Shown: positions 53,754-63,261, counted from the first letter of the stretch. The stretch: 64,000 bases of DNA from Nanobdellota archaeon (GCA_018816245.1 JAHIVW010000003.1:321453-385452); one strand, 5' to 3'. Numbers and translations are program-made. Notes: generated by a model from the letters alone, not told the origin.

Positions 53754-54331
53754 ACTTCGTAGAGAATGTTTCTGCAGGTACAGAAGCCGCCCAAGTGACA
53801 GATTGCCAATCGCGTTGCAGTGAAGGTGAACGATTCGGGCGCTTCAAGTCTTCCGACACCAAGCGTGATGTGCGGGTTGTATGCGATACCGCCATGATCC
53901 TGGAAGTTGCTGACCCATGTGAGATCCCGTTCAGCAAACACTGCAGCGGATTCCTTTGAAGCGTTGAACATCGCTGGACGGGGATCATACGTAAGATGCG
54001 GAACAACGTGTTTCATAAGCGTTCGTTGCAGCTCGAGAAGGGGTTCTGTCTTCTCGATCTGGAACGCCACATTGCCTGCCGGCCCACAGCTCACACTGGT
54101 TACTGAAAGCGCAACCGGCAAGAAGCGCGCCGCTGTTTCCTGGAGGAGTGTCTTGATAACCGGAAGGTTCTCATCAGCAAGACATCCCATCACCAAGGTA
54201 ATATGCGGCAAACACGTTTCCTTGTTCAACGTGATCATCCTTCCCTCGCCTAGCGATGTGTTCGCAGCGATCGCCCGGTCCATCACGTCGTCCGGTGGAA
54301 GGAGCGCGATGTCAATAGCCCGCGTTGCCAT
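53750..54331 (-). CDS. 2H phosphoesterase superfamily protein (2'-5' RNA ligase/LigT-like)
   Basis: Two HxTx motifs: CLPHITLVMG and YNPHITLGVG. Confidence 0.8.
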   Translation of the reverse strand: MATRAIDIALLPPDDVMDRAIAANTSLGEGRMITLNKETCLPHITLVMGCLADENLPVIKTLLQETAARFLPVALSVTSVSCGPAGNVAFQIEKTEPLLELQRTLMKHVVPHLTYDPRPAMFNASKESAAVFAERDLTWVSNFQDHGGIAYNPHITLGVGRLEAPESFTFTATRLAICHLGGFCTCRNILYEV

Positions 54332-54382
54332 ACATCACCCTTACACAAACGCTAATAAATTCTTCCGTCGTACAGAAACGCC

Positions 54383-55120
54383 ATGAAAGTTATTTTTCTC
54401 GCCGGTGGCTACGGCACACGGTTGAAGGCGCTTTCGTATAATACACCAAAGGCGCTCCTCCCGCTTGGGGGCAAGCCGATCCTTGATCACCTGCTGGCAA
54501 AGGTCCTGCCACTCAAACCGACCAGGATCTACGTCCTGACCAACAAACGGTTCGCTGCGACGTTCGAGCAGTGGAATGACACAGTCCCATCGAGCGTCGA
54601 CGTCCGGATCGTGGTCGAGCCCGGGACCACAGAAGAGAAGAAGTTAGGCGCCATCGGCGGCCTGGGAAACGTCATTGAACAGGAACGGCTCGCGGATGAC
54701 CTTCTCGTTCTGGCAGCGGACAACTACTTCACTTGCGACCTGACGCAGATAGCTGCGGCCTTCCAGCAGCGGAAGGCGCCCGTGGTCGGCCTCTATGATG
54801 TCAAGGATCGGACGAAAGCGAGCAACTATGGCGTCGTGTCCGTGGACCGCTATGGCCGGATCATCGGCTTCGCCGAGAAGCCCATGCAGCCGAACAGCAC
54901 CCTGGTCTCCACGGGGATCTACTTCCTCCCGCGGGAGGTCCTGGCCTCGGTGCTCGTCTACCTCAGGCAGGGGAAGAACCCTGACGCCTTCGGGAACTTC
55001 ATTTCCTGGCTCTCCGTTGATCGGGAGGTCGTGGGCTACACCCTTCCCAAGGGAGCAGCCTGGTTTGATATCGGTTCCCCGGAGACCTACGAGGCAGCCA
55101 AAGCTGCTACTGGCCCCTGA
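54383..55120 (+). CDS. Sugar-1-phosphate nucleotidylyltransferase
   Basis: LAGGYGTRLKALSYNTPKALLPLGGKPILDH pyrophosphorylase signature. Confidence 0.88.
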   Translation: MKVIFLAGGYGTRLKALSYNTPKALLPLGGKPILDHLLAKVLPLKPTRIYVLTNKRFAATFEQWNDTVPSSVDVRIVVEPGTTEEKKLGAIGGLGNVIEQERLADDLLVLAADNYFTCDLTQIAAAFQQRKAPVVGLYDVKDRTKASNYGVVSVDRYGRIIGFAEKPMQPNSTLVSTGIYFLPREVLASVLVYLRQGKNPDAFGNFISWLSVDREVVGYTLPKGAAWFDIGSPETYEAAKAATGP

Positions 55121-55162
55121 TCAACCGTGCTTTCTTAAAACTGATTTCTGTTAGATCACCCC

Positions 55163-57172
55163 ATGGCGGAGATGGCTCAGGTGCAGGACGATAAACCGAT
55201 GTACCTCGGCCAGTTCAAAGAATTCTTCCACCAGCGCTACAAGGAAGAGCTGACCGAGGCAGCCGCAACCGGCGAGTCGTTTGCCATTGATTTCGCGGTC
55301 TTGGAGAAGTTTTCTCCGACTCTAGCAGAGGCCTTGTTGAAAACTCCTGATGAGATTCTCCCTATTATCAAGGAAGCGGTGAAACAGATTGACTTGCCGC
55401 AAAGCCTGCCGGTGCACGTGACGAACTTGCCGGACCACGCAACAATCGGCATCCGGGATTTGCGGTCAGTGCACATTGGCCAATTCGTCCAGGTGGAAGG
55501 GGTTATCCGGCGGGCGAGCGAGATCCGTCCGGAACTCATGAGTATGATTTACGAGTGCACGGATTGTAACATGAAGATTACTGTTGACCGGCGTGGAACG
55601 TTCATTGGTCGTCCGTTTCAATGCGACTGCGGCAACCGGAAGTTTACGGAATCATCGAAACAGTTAGTGGACATGCGGTGGCTCACCATCGAAGAACCGT
55701 TTGAATTGACAGAAGGGGAGCGACCGAGCCAGGTGACCGTTGTGTTGAAAGATGATTTAGTGAACATGTACGGACGGCGGATCACCGAACCAGGAAACCG
55801 GCTGCGATTGACCGGCGTATTACGCGATATCCCGAAAGGAAAGCAATGGAGTGTGAAGCTTGATTTTTATCTCGATGCGGATCACGCAGATCCAACAGAG
55901 ATCGGCTGGGAACGGGTTCAGGTCTCGTCTGAAGAAGAAGAAGAAATCAAGAATCTGGCAAAGGATCCGCAAATATTTGAAAAACTTATTGGATCGCTTG
56001 CGCCGTCGCTGTACGGCATGGAAGAGATCAAGGAAGCGATTATCCTGCAATTTTTCGGTGGCGTGCCGCGGACGCTTGCAGACAAAACCAAGTTCCGAGG
56101 AGACATTCATGTTTTACTTTTGGGCGATCCAAGTTCGGGAAAGAGTCAACTTCTGAAGCTCGCGCCGCAGATTGTGCCGCGCGGAAGGTATGTTTCCGGA
56201 AAAGGTGCGACGGCCGTTGGGTTGACCGCAGGGGTAACAAAAGATGAACAGTTCATGGGTGGCTGGGTACTCGAAGCTGGTGCCATGGTGTTGAGCAACA
56301 AGGGGCTGTTGTCTATTGACGAGTTCGAAAAAATGTCTATTGAAGATCAGGTTGCAATGCATGAAGCAATGGAGCAAGGTTCTGTAAGTATCGCAAAAGC
56401 GTCAATTGTCGCAACCCTGCCTGCGCAAACGTCCGTATTGGCTGGCGGGAACCCGAAGTTCTCACGGTTCGATCCATACATGCCTATTTCGAAACAGATC
56501 ACAATTCCAGATACGTTGTTGTCGCGATTTGATTTGCGATTCATTCTGCGGGATGTCCCTGATGCAGAAAAGGACACGCTCTTGGTTGATCATGTACTGA
56601 CGGCACGGGAGGATGACCAGGACACTGCCGTCCCGCGAATCAGTACGGCCCTTGTTCGTAAGTATGTTTCGTACGCACGGGAAAAGGTGAAACCGAAACT
56701 TACCAAAGAAACCGGGAAGCTGTTGCGGAACTTCTACATCAAGATGCGACGGAAGGCCGAGGGCGGGAACGCACCGGTCCCGATTACGTTGCGGCAGTTC
56801 GAGGCCATGATTCGGTTGTCAGAAGCAGCGGCAAAGGTGCAATTATCCGAGTTGGTGAAACCAGAGCACGCGCAGCGGGCGATCAGGCTGATGCGGTATT
56901 CGCTGCAACAGGTCGGGTACGATCCCGAGACAGGAACGATCGATATTGACAAGGCCGAGGGGGCGCAGACGAGCTCTGCTGACCGCTCCAAGATCCGGGT
57001 GATCACGGACATCATCAACAAGCTGTCCGAGAGGAAGAAGGAGATCGCCGTGGGGGAGATCATTGAAGAGGCGCGGAAGGCCGGGATTGAAGGGGCCGAG
57101 GAGTACGTGGAGAAACTCACGAGAGAGGGGATGCTGTTCGAGCCGAGTCCGGGGTATGTGCAGAAGGTGTGA
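55163..57172 (+). CDS. mcm: MCM replicative helicase
   Basis: Zn motif CTDCN...CDCG, Walker A LLLGDPSSGKSQLL, Walker B IDEFEKM and arginine finger SRFDL. Confidence 0.96.
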   Translation: MAEMAQVQDDKPMYLGQFKEFFHQRYKEELTEAAATGESFAIDFAVLEKFSPTLAEALLKTPDEILPIIKEAVKQIDLPQSLPVHVTNLPDHATIGIRDLRSVHIGQFVQVEGVIRRASEIRPELMSMIYECTDCNMKITVDRRGTFIGRPFQCDCGNRKFTESSKQLVDMRWLTIEEPFELTEGERPSQVTVVLKDDLVNMYGRRITEPGNRLRLTGVLRDIPKGKQWSVKLDFYLDADHADPTEIGWERVQVSSEEEEEIKNLAKDPQIFEKLIGSLAPSLYGMEEIKEAIILQFFGGVPRTLADKTKFRGDIHVLLLGDPSSGKSQLLKLAPQIVPRGRYVSGKGATAVGLTAGVTKDEQFMGGWVLEAGAMVLSNKGLLSIDEFEKMSIEDQVAMHEAMEQGSVSIAKASIVATLPAQTSVLAGGNPKFSRFDPYMPISKQITIPDTLLSRFDLRFILRDVPDAEKDTLLVDHVLTAREDDQDTAVPRISTALVRKYVSYAREKVKPKLTKETGKLLRNFYIKMRRKAEGGNAPVPITLRQFEAMIRLSEAAAKVQLSELVKPEHAQRAIRLMRYSLQQVGYDPETGTIDIDKAEGAQTSSADRSKIRVITDIINKLSERKKEIAVGEIIEEARKAGIEGAEEYVEKLTREGMLFEPSPGYVQKV

Positions 57173-57190
57173 GGGTTTTGGTTTTCCTAT

Positions 57191-57205
57191 TATAACAGTG
57201 TTATA
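57191..57205. repeat. Palindrome family copy 3 (TATAACAGTGTTATA)
   Basis: Perfect copy between the convergent mcm and rnp1 ends. It has a T-rich left flank and an A-rich right flank (AAGAAAAAAGAAAAGAAC). Confidence 0.8.
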
Positions 57206-57224
57206 TTAAGAAAAAAGAAAAGAA

Positions 57225-57581
57225 CTACCAATTGATATGCCGTTTCTTGATCCGGTCTTCTGGGCGCCCTACGAGCAATTTACCATCAACCCGAACCCAC
57301 TGCCCTGCGGGCACGCGGAAGGAGAAGGTGCTCTGGTCCTTGACGTAGTTCTTGAGCTGACCTTCGATGTCCACGGTGAGGGTGTTCCGGGACTCATCAA
57401 CGACAGTACCTGAATCCCCGATGAAGTTGTGGTTGGTTCGATCAAGCATGCGGACGCCCAAGCCGACGAGCTCGTGCTGGAGGATGTGCTCGGGGATGCG
57501 CAGGGCGGCGGCGATGGCAGCTCGCTTCTCTTTCTTCGGAATAGCCATTTTTGCGACCATAGTATTCGACGGTGCTAACAT
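57225..57581 (-). CDS. rnp1: RNase P protein component 1 (Rpp29/Pop4)
   Basis: LVGLGVRMLDRTNHNFIGDSGTVVDESRNTLTV...VRVDGKLLVGRPEDRIKKR. The start may be the internal MVAKM. Confidence 0.85.
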   Translation of the reverse strand: MLAPSNTMVAKMAIPKKEKRAAIAAALRIPEHILQHELVGLGVRMLDRTNHNFIGDSGTVVDESRNTLTVDIEGQLKNYVKDQSTFSFRVPAGQWVRVDGKLLVGRPEDRIKKRHINW

Positions 57582-57613
57582 GAGAGCCTTCTATTGGGAG
57601 CGGAGATTTATAA

Positions 57614-57655
57614 GATAACGGTGTTAATTTGGTATGATGATATAACGGTGTTATA
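57614..57655. repeat. Palindrome family copies 4a (GATAACGGTGTTAAT, degenerate) and 4b (TATAACGGTGTTATA)
   Basis: Copy 4a is at 57614-57628 and copy 4b at 57641-57655. Copy 4b is followed by TTGAAAAGAAC. Confidence 0.7.
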
Positions 57656-57656
57656 T

Positions 57657-57698
57657 TGAAAAGAACCCAGAGCACGCGAGAAGGTCTCACGCACTCTG
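57657..57698 (-). terminator. Imperfect hairpin plus TTCTTTTC terminator-like element after the 57720-58418 ORF
   Basis: On the minus strand the sequence reads CAGAGTGCGTGAGACCTTCTCGCGTGCTCTG, then GGTTCTTTTC, then palindrome 4b. Confidence 0.4.
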
Positions 57699-57719
57699 AG
57701 TTGTCGGCGACGTGGCCGG

Positions 57720-58418
57720 CTAGTCCTCGTCTTCGAGGTCCGTCTCAGGGATCGGAGGCATCATGAAGTGCACTGTATGGGATCTGATATGCTGCTCCAC
57801 GAAGTGTGAGAACAGGGCGATGCCGCACCTGAGATCGCGCTCCCTGAGCAGCTGGATGATTCCCGCGAAGATCAGTTGCCCCGTGGCGTCGGGGTGCCGC
57901 ATGATCTGCTGGATGTCCCGGCATGCCTCCTCGCTGAGCTGACGCTGGTTCCCTCGCTCCATGTCGCCGACGGACTTGAAGAGATCAGTGAGGTTGATCG
58001 GGAGCGGAGCGTACGGCGCCAGGAGCTCGGTCATGAGGGAGAACTCGGCTACCTCATCAAGGATGTCTGGAGTAACACCGAGGCAGTGGTTCACGATGGT
58101 GGGTAGTGTTGCTCCCTCACGCCTGTATTTATCCACCATACCTGTCACACGCTTCCTGAGTTCGTTCCGCTTGTCGCTCCAGTCGGCGCGATTGAATCCC
58201 TCCACTTGAATGGGAAGCTCGTTCTCAGTGCGTTTCTTGAGGCCGACCGTTGAGAACCAGATGCTGAGGAGGTGCTCTGATTCCTCGGTATGGGCGTCAT
58301 CGCCGTTGACGACCTCTGCCGCGGCCTGTTCCCAAGACCCGTTCTGCCAGATGTCTTCGGTTCTGATGATCAGGTCGAGTTCGAGCTCTCTCTCACGTAA
58401 CGTTTTCTTCGCTGCCAT
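57720..58418 (-). CDS. Hypothetical acidic protein (232 aa)
   Basis: Long ORF with a purine-rich GGGAGGAAGAAAGGAAA upstream of the ATG. No motif recognised. Confidence 0.5.
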   Translation of the reverse strand: MAAKKTLRERELELDLIIRTEDIWQNGSWEQAAAEVVNGDDAHTEESEHLLSIWFSTVGLKKRTENELPIQVEGFNRADWSDKRNELRKRVTGMVDKYRREGATLPTIVNHCLGVTPDILDEVAEFSLMTELLAPYAPLPINLTDLFKSVGDMERGNQRQLSEEACRDIQQIMRHPDATGQLIFAGIIQLLRERDLRCGIALFSHFVEQHIRSHTVHFMMPPIPETDLEDED

Positions 58419-58763
58419 TTGGCGTTTCCTTTCTTCCTCCCAGAACAGAAAACCCGGCAGTGTAGGAGGGAGTGCTGCCGGTGTTGTGTGATTAGTTCAG
58501 AATAGGTTGATTCTCGTTGGGAAGACGAGCGTCACTATAAGGGTGTCTTTGGGGGTAAACGCGGATTTCGTCGGGGGTTTCATTAATTGGCCTCCTCTCC
58601 AATGCGAGACTGTCGAAAGACAGTCTCAAGACGACAAAATTCGTCCACCACTCGCGCTCCCGCTCCTCTTGGTGACGTGCGTGCATTTCTGGATTCTGCA
58701 ACGTTCTTGCGGAACGTGGGAACTGGTGATGTGAGTTGTGAACTTACGAGTTAGTAGTGGAAT
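58419..58763 (-). other. Leader B: GC-rich hairpin-rich non-coding region homologous to leader A
   Basis: Hairpins at 58454-58481 and 58606-58627 (9-bp stem; GAAA loop on the plus strand, TTTC in the leader sense). Three collinear blocks are identical to leader A (see findings). The only ORF here (58492-58701) has no counterpart in leader A. Confidence 0.35.
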
Positions 58764-58771
58764 TATTTAAA
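58764..58771 (-). promoter_or_regulatory. TATA-like TTTAAATA (minus strand) ahead of leader B
   Basis: The plus strand reads TATTTAAA. This is the same octamer and relative position as in unit A. Confidence 0.35.
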
Positions 58772-58851
58772 CCTTATCCCGGCCCGTTCCTTGGCAAACC
58801 ATTAAATGTCCAGATGATTCTTAGGAAAGAGGTACCAGAAAGAACTCTTAG

Positions 58852-58865
58852 TATAACAGTGTTAT
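58852..58865. repeat. Palindrome family copy 5 (TATAACAGTGTTAT)
   Basis: Preceded by AGAAAGAAC. Its last bases contribute the AT of the helicase ATG at 58864. Confidence 0.75.
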
Positions 58866-61806
58866 GGCCCCCTTCCCCCTCTTCAAAAAGCAACTCGGAA
58901 CCCTCGCCCAGGAGCGCTTCTCTTCCCCGACCGAGGTCCAGCAGGCGACGTTCCCGCTTATCCACGAAGGCAAGAACGCTCTCGTGATCGCAGAAACCGG
59001 CTCTGGAAAAACCGAAGCTGTCCTCCTTCCCTTCTTCGACCGCATGCTCCGCGACCGCGGACGCCCGTTCCAGCTCCTCTATATCACCCCGTTGCGAAGC
59101 CTCAACCGCGACCTGCTTTCCCGCGTGCTCTGGTGGGCCAACCGCCTTGACTTCACGGTCTCGGTCCGCCACGGCGACACGAGCCAGTACGAGCGCTCCA
59201 TGCAGGCAGCCAACCCCGCAGACATGCTCATCGTCACTCCCGAAACCCTCCAGGCCATCCTGGTAGGAAAGGTCCTCCGCACCCACCTTGCGAACGTCCG
59301 CTTCGTGGTCATTGACGAAGCCCACGAACTTCCAGACAGCAAGCGCGGCACCCAGCTTGCGGTCGGTCTGGAACGACTCAAAGCGCTCATCACGGAATAC
59401 GGCAACCCGTCCCCGCAACTCGTCGGCATCTCTGCAACCGTCGGCTCCCCAACAATCGTTTCCTCGTTTTTGGCCGGCAGCTCTGACCCGCTCACGGTCA
59501 TCACTGCAGACCGGCACAAGGAATTCTCCATCACGGTCGATGAGCCGGTTCCCACCCAGGATGATCACGAAGTCGGCAACCGCTTGTACGTCGGCCCCGG
59601 CGTCGCGGCGCGCATCCGCACCATGCACAATCTGATCAAAACACATGCACCAGTGCTCAGTTTCACCAACACAAGAGAAGCAGCAGAGGTCCTCGCTTCG
59701 CGTCTGAAAACACTTGACCCTGAACTCGGTGTTGAAACGCATCATTCTTCACTTTCACGAGACGTGCGCATCAGTGCAGAACAACGGTTCAAGGACAATG
59801 AACTCGCTGCCTTGATCTGTACCTCAAGTCTGGAATTAGGCATCGACATCGGTCACGTTGATCTCGTGCTCCAATACCTTTCCCCACGCCAGGCAGTCAA
59901 GCTCGCGCAACGCGTGGGTCGTGCTGGTCACCGACATGATAAGGTTTCACGCGGCGTTGTTCTGACACAAGACACCGAGGACGGCTTCGAAGCAGCAGTG
60001 ATTGCCAAGCGGACCCTGGAAGGCTGGGTGGAGCCAACCATCCTCCGCGAACAATCGCTCGATGTTCTTGCACACCAGCTTATCGGGCTCACCCTTGAAC
60101 GAAAGGACATCACCTTCCTCGATGCGTACACGATTCTCAAACGAGCCTACCCGTACCGGAACTTGTCCGCAGACGACTTGTTCGATGTCGCCAGATTCAT
60201 GATGCGATTACGACTCCTCCGCATCGAGGATCCTGCGCATCCCATGCCGTGGCAGCGACCAAAGACGCAAGAAGATCTTGACGCGCAACACCACATCAAG
60301 CCGCTTGAAGAGAAACCAACCGTCTTCACGCCGCGGCCAGCACTCAAGAAGAAAAATGATTTAACCCTCCACCGAAAGCTCCCAAGCTGGGAATACTACT
60401 ACACGAATCTCTCGACCATTCCGGACAGCAAGAACGTGCAGCTGTTCGACGTCGTGAATCACGCCCCGGTCGGGTCCCTGGACGCGGAATTCGTTTCTCT
60501 GTACGCACAACCTGGTGCAACGATTATCACCAAAGGAACTCCCTGGCGCGTGTTAGAAACCCGTGATCACCGCGTCAGCGTGGAGCCGGCATCCGGCATC
60601 AAGGCAGCCATTCCTGCATGGCAAGGTGAACTCATTCCTGTTCACTTCGAGATTGCCCAGGACGTTGGCAAACTCCGGCGGCTGATTGCAGAAACACTTG
60701 ACAACAACGAAGATCCGATTTCATTTCTAACAACAACCTATCCGGTCACCAAACAAATCGCCAAGGACATGGTGTCCTTGATCAAGAAACAGCGAAAGAA
60801 GGGGATCCTTCCTGACGACAAGACAATTGTGATTGACCGCTGCGAGGACAAGCTGGTCATCCACTTCTGTGGCGGGTCGTTGGTCAACGATACCCTCGGT
60901 CGCGCACTCTCTGTCTTGTTAACCGGAAAGATCGGCACCATTGGCCTGCAAACCGATCCCTATCGTATCATTCTTACCGTGTCACCAGAATATGCAGAAC
61001 GCATAAAAACTGAGTTAACCAAGCTCACCACAAAAACGTTCCAGGATGTGCTTCACCTTGCCCTTGAAAAAACTGATTTGTTCTTCCTCCGCTTTGCGCA
61101 CGTTGCGAAACGGTTCGGCATCATTTCCCGCGATGCAGACATCATGAAAGCGCAGCTCCGGCGCATTGTCCAGCGGTTCGACGGCTCCCCGGTGTATCGG
61201 GAAACATTCAACGAGCTCCGTGACAAGTTCGATGTTGATCAAGCAATCGACGTCTTGCAAAACATCCGCGAAGGAACGTATCCGATCATCATCAATGAAG
61301 GTATGAGTCCGCTCGCACGGTTCGGTGTCTCCCGGAAAACCGAACTCGTGGCAACAGAAAAACCAGAATCAGAAATATTTGCGCTCTTCAAGAAACGGTT
61401 GTTAGGAACACGGATCGGGTTGCTGTGCTGCCAATGCAACACCTGGGGCACGATCACCACCGCAGAAGAGGTTTCACAGCAACCGGTGTGCAAGAAATGC
61501 CAGGCACGGCTCATCGCGATTGTCCCTCGTGACCGTTACACCTTCGCGCATTCCTTACTCGAAAAAAACCGACAGGGAAAACCGCTTTCTGGAGAAGAAA
61601 AGAAAGAAGTGGAAACCATGTTCGCGTCTGCAAGCCTCGTGATCGACCACGGCTATGAAGCAGTTCGTGCGCTCGCCGGTCGCGGCCTCGGGCCGAAAAC
61701 CGCAGCACGCGTGCTCTCCAAACTCCTCCATGGCGACGACCTGCTGCACGACATCCTCGACGCAGAGCGCCAGTTCGTGAAGACCAGGCAATTCTGGAAG
61801 GGGTAG
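58864..61806 (+). CDS. lhr: Lhr-like large ATP-dependent DEAD/DEAH-box helicase
   Basis: PTEVQQATFPLIHEGKNALVIAETGSGKTEA, VIDEAHEL, SATVG and VGRAGH motifs. The long C-terminal domain has a CCQC...CKKC zinc motif. Confidence 0.92.
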   Translation: MAPFPLFKKQLGTLAQERFSSPTEVQQATFPLIHEGKNALVIAETGSGKTEAVLLPFFDRMLRDRGRPFQLLYITPLRSLNRDLLSRVLWWANRLDFTVSVRHGDTSQYERSMQAANPADMLIVTPETLQAILVGKVLRTHLANVRFVVIDEAHELPDSKRGTQLAVGLERLKALITEYGNPSPQLVGISATVGSPTIVSSFLAGSSDPLTVITADRHKEFSITVDEPVPTQDDHEVGNRLYVGPGVAARIRTMHNLIKTHAPVLSFTNTREAAEVLASRLKTLDPELGVETHHSSLSRDVRISAEQRFKDNELAALICTSSLELGIDIGHVDLVLQYLSPRQAVKLAQRVGRAGHRHDKVSRGVVLTQDTEDGFEAAVIAKRTLEGWVEPTILREQSLDVLAHQLIGLTLERKDITFLDAYTILKRAYPYRNLSADDLFDVARFMMRLRLLRIEDPAHPMPWQRPKTQEDLDAQHHIKPLEEKPTVFTPRPALKKKNDLTLHRKLPSWEYYYTNLSTIPDSKNVQLFDVVNHAPVGSLDAEFVSLYAQPGATIITKGTPWRVLETRDHRVSVEPASGIKAAIPAWQGELIPVHFEIAQDVGKLRRLIAETLDNNEDPISFLTTTYPVTKQIAKDMVSLIKKQRKKGILPDDKTIVIDRCEDKLVIHFCGGSLVNDTLGRALSVLLTGKIGTIGLQTDPYRIILTVSPEYAERIKTELTKLTTKTFQDVLHLALEKTDLFFLRFAHVAKRFGIISRDADIMKAQLRRIVQRFDGSPVYRETFNELRDKFDVDQAIDVLQNIREGTYPIIINEGMSPLARFGVSRKTELVATEKPESEIFALFKKRLLGTRIGLLCCQCNTWGTITTAEEVSQQPVCKKCQARLIAIVPRDRYTFAHSLLEKNRQGKPLSGEEKKEVETMFASASLVIDHGYEAVRALAGRGLGPKTAARVLSKLLHGDDLLHDILDAERQFVKTRQFWKG

Positions 61807-61838
61807 CTGTTTTTAAAATCTCCTGTCTTGAATGTTGT

Positions 61839-62462
61839 ATGGACGATGCAAAACAGCTGACGCAGGCAGCGTACGACGCCCACGCAACCATCCTTGCAGA
61901 AAAATACAAGGAACGTATGGACCTCAGCCGACGCCCTGAATTCAAGCGGTTCCTCGAGCTTGTTCCGGGAAACACCATTCTCGACGCCGGTAGCGGTGCA
62001 GGCGACCATGCACGCTACTTCAAGGAACACGACAAGGACGTCCTCTGTATTGACTTCTCGCCGAAGATGATCTCCCTGTGCAAGGAAAAGGGACTTGAGG
62101 CCCGGGTCATGGACATTGAAGCCATGAGCTTCCGGGAACATGCCTTCGACGGCATCTGGGCCGTAGATTCATTCCAGAACATCCGAAAGAGGAACCTTCC
62201 CAAGGTCGTCGCCCGCATGGCGTACATCATCAAACCCGACGGCATCCTCTACGTTGTCGTGCGGGAAGGCGACAGCGAAGGCGTCACCACAACAGAATAC
62301 GGTTCGAAGAAATTCCTTGCCCTTTGGCAGAAGGAAGATATTCTGCTGTTGTTCGAAAAGCAGTTCACCCTGCTCGACTTCAGCCGCGAAACCGTTGGTG
62401 ACAAAACGTATCTCCAGTTCTTCTTCAAGAAACGTCCGGACGCTCCAACAGCAAGTCATTGA
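61839..62462 (+). CDS. Class I SAM-dependent methyltransferase
   Basis: Motif I ILDAGSGAGDHARYF. Confidence 0.85.
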   Translation: MDDAKQLTQAAYDAHATILAEKYKERMDLSRRPEFKRFLELVPGNTILDAGSGAGDHARYFKEHDKDVLCIDFSPKMISLCKEKGLEARVMDIEAMSFREHAFDGIWAVDSFQNIRKRNLPKVVARMAYIIKPDGILYVVVREGDSEGVTTTEYGSKKFLALWQKEDILLLFEKQFTLLDFSRETVGDKTYLQFFFKKRPDAPTASH

Positions 62463-63201
62463 TCGTACCAAGGTCAGTTCCGTCCAGCAGGAACGCGCGC
62501 GCATCCCCGAACCGCGTCAGCTTCAGCATGGGGCTGCGGTGGTCTGCCGGCAGCTGCGGTAAATTCACGACACCACTTCCCGCCAGGTCGGAGAACGCAG
62601 GAACAAGCAACAAGGTCTGTTCTCCTGCGGCAACCGTCGTTGTCTTGTACTGTTCCATGAGCCGCTTCTTCACCACCGGTGCTGCCACCCATGCTGGTTC
62701 GCGCCAGATCTTCCCGGCATCATCATGGAATTCGATGTGCGGATGCACGTGTCCGCACAACAGCATTTCTGCGTTGACCACGTCTTCTGACGGCCACTTG
62801 TGCCCGTGCATGAAAAAGAATTCCCCATCACGAAACCCGCCTGCGTCATGGATCGTGACATTCGGCACGTTGCGCACGATCCGTTCCAAGACAGTATCAT
62901 GGTTCCCGGGAACAATGTCAACCGGAACAATGGATGCGAGTTTCCTGAAAAAAGGCGGCAGCTCTCGCCACTCCTGCTGGCTTGTCCCCGGCACCTCGTG
63001 TTTGACATCCCCGAGAATGAGCAGCCGTTCTGCCTTTTTGGTGAGCTTTTCAATCTTCTCAAGCAGCTGGTCTGTTCCTGAAGGCAGCCGGACGCCGGAC
63101 GCGAGCAACGCTGCCTCGATACCCAGATGCAGGTCAGCGATCACGAGATACTTCCCCACAACCACTGCTGGTTCATTCGTCACAAACTGGAGGCGTTTCA
63201 T
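62425..63201 (-). CDS. Calcineurin-like metallophosphoesterase (COG1407/PdeM-like)
   Basis: DLHLG, GDVKHE, GNHD, MHGHKW and GHVHP motifs. Confidence 0.85.
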   Translation of the reverse strand: MKRLQFVTNEPAVVVGKYLVIADLHLGIEAALLASGVRLPSGTDQLLEKIEKLTKKAERLLILGDVKHEVPGTSQQEWRELPPFFRKLASIVPVDIVPGNHDTVLERIVRNVPNVTIHDAGGFRDGEFFFMHGHKWPSEDVVNAEMLLCGHVHPHIEFHDDAGKIWREPAWVAAPVVKKRLMEQYKTTTVAAGEQTLLLVPAFSDLAGSGVVNLPQLPADHRSPMLKLTRFGDARAFLLDGTDLGTINDLLLERPDVS

Positions 63202-63261
63202 AGTGGCCCATTCCTTCCTGCTGGTTTATATCGTTTTCTTTCCTTTTAGTATCTGGTGCGC

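Noticed and set aside
58443-58460. ACAGAAAACCCGGC resembling RNase P RNA CR-V, close to the Rpp29 gene
   Set aside because: There is no matching CR-I/P4 partner. The element is at the wrong end for either strand, and it is part of a simple hairpin flank.
46464-58866. Diversity-generating retroelement (template/variable repeat) as an explanation for the two homologous leaders
   Set aside because: There is no reverse transcriptase gene. The repeats are non-coding in both copies, and the differences are not adenine-specific.
58774-59745. 323-aa ORF antisense to the 5' part of the Lhr helicase gene
   Set aside because: The plus strand carries the clear helicase motifs. The antisense product is Arg/Gly/Asp-rich, as expected for a GC-rich shadow frame.
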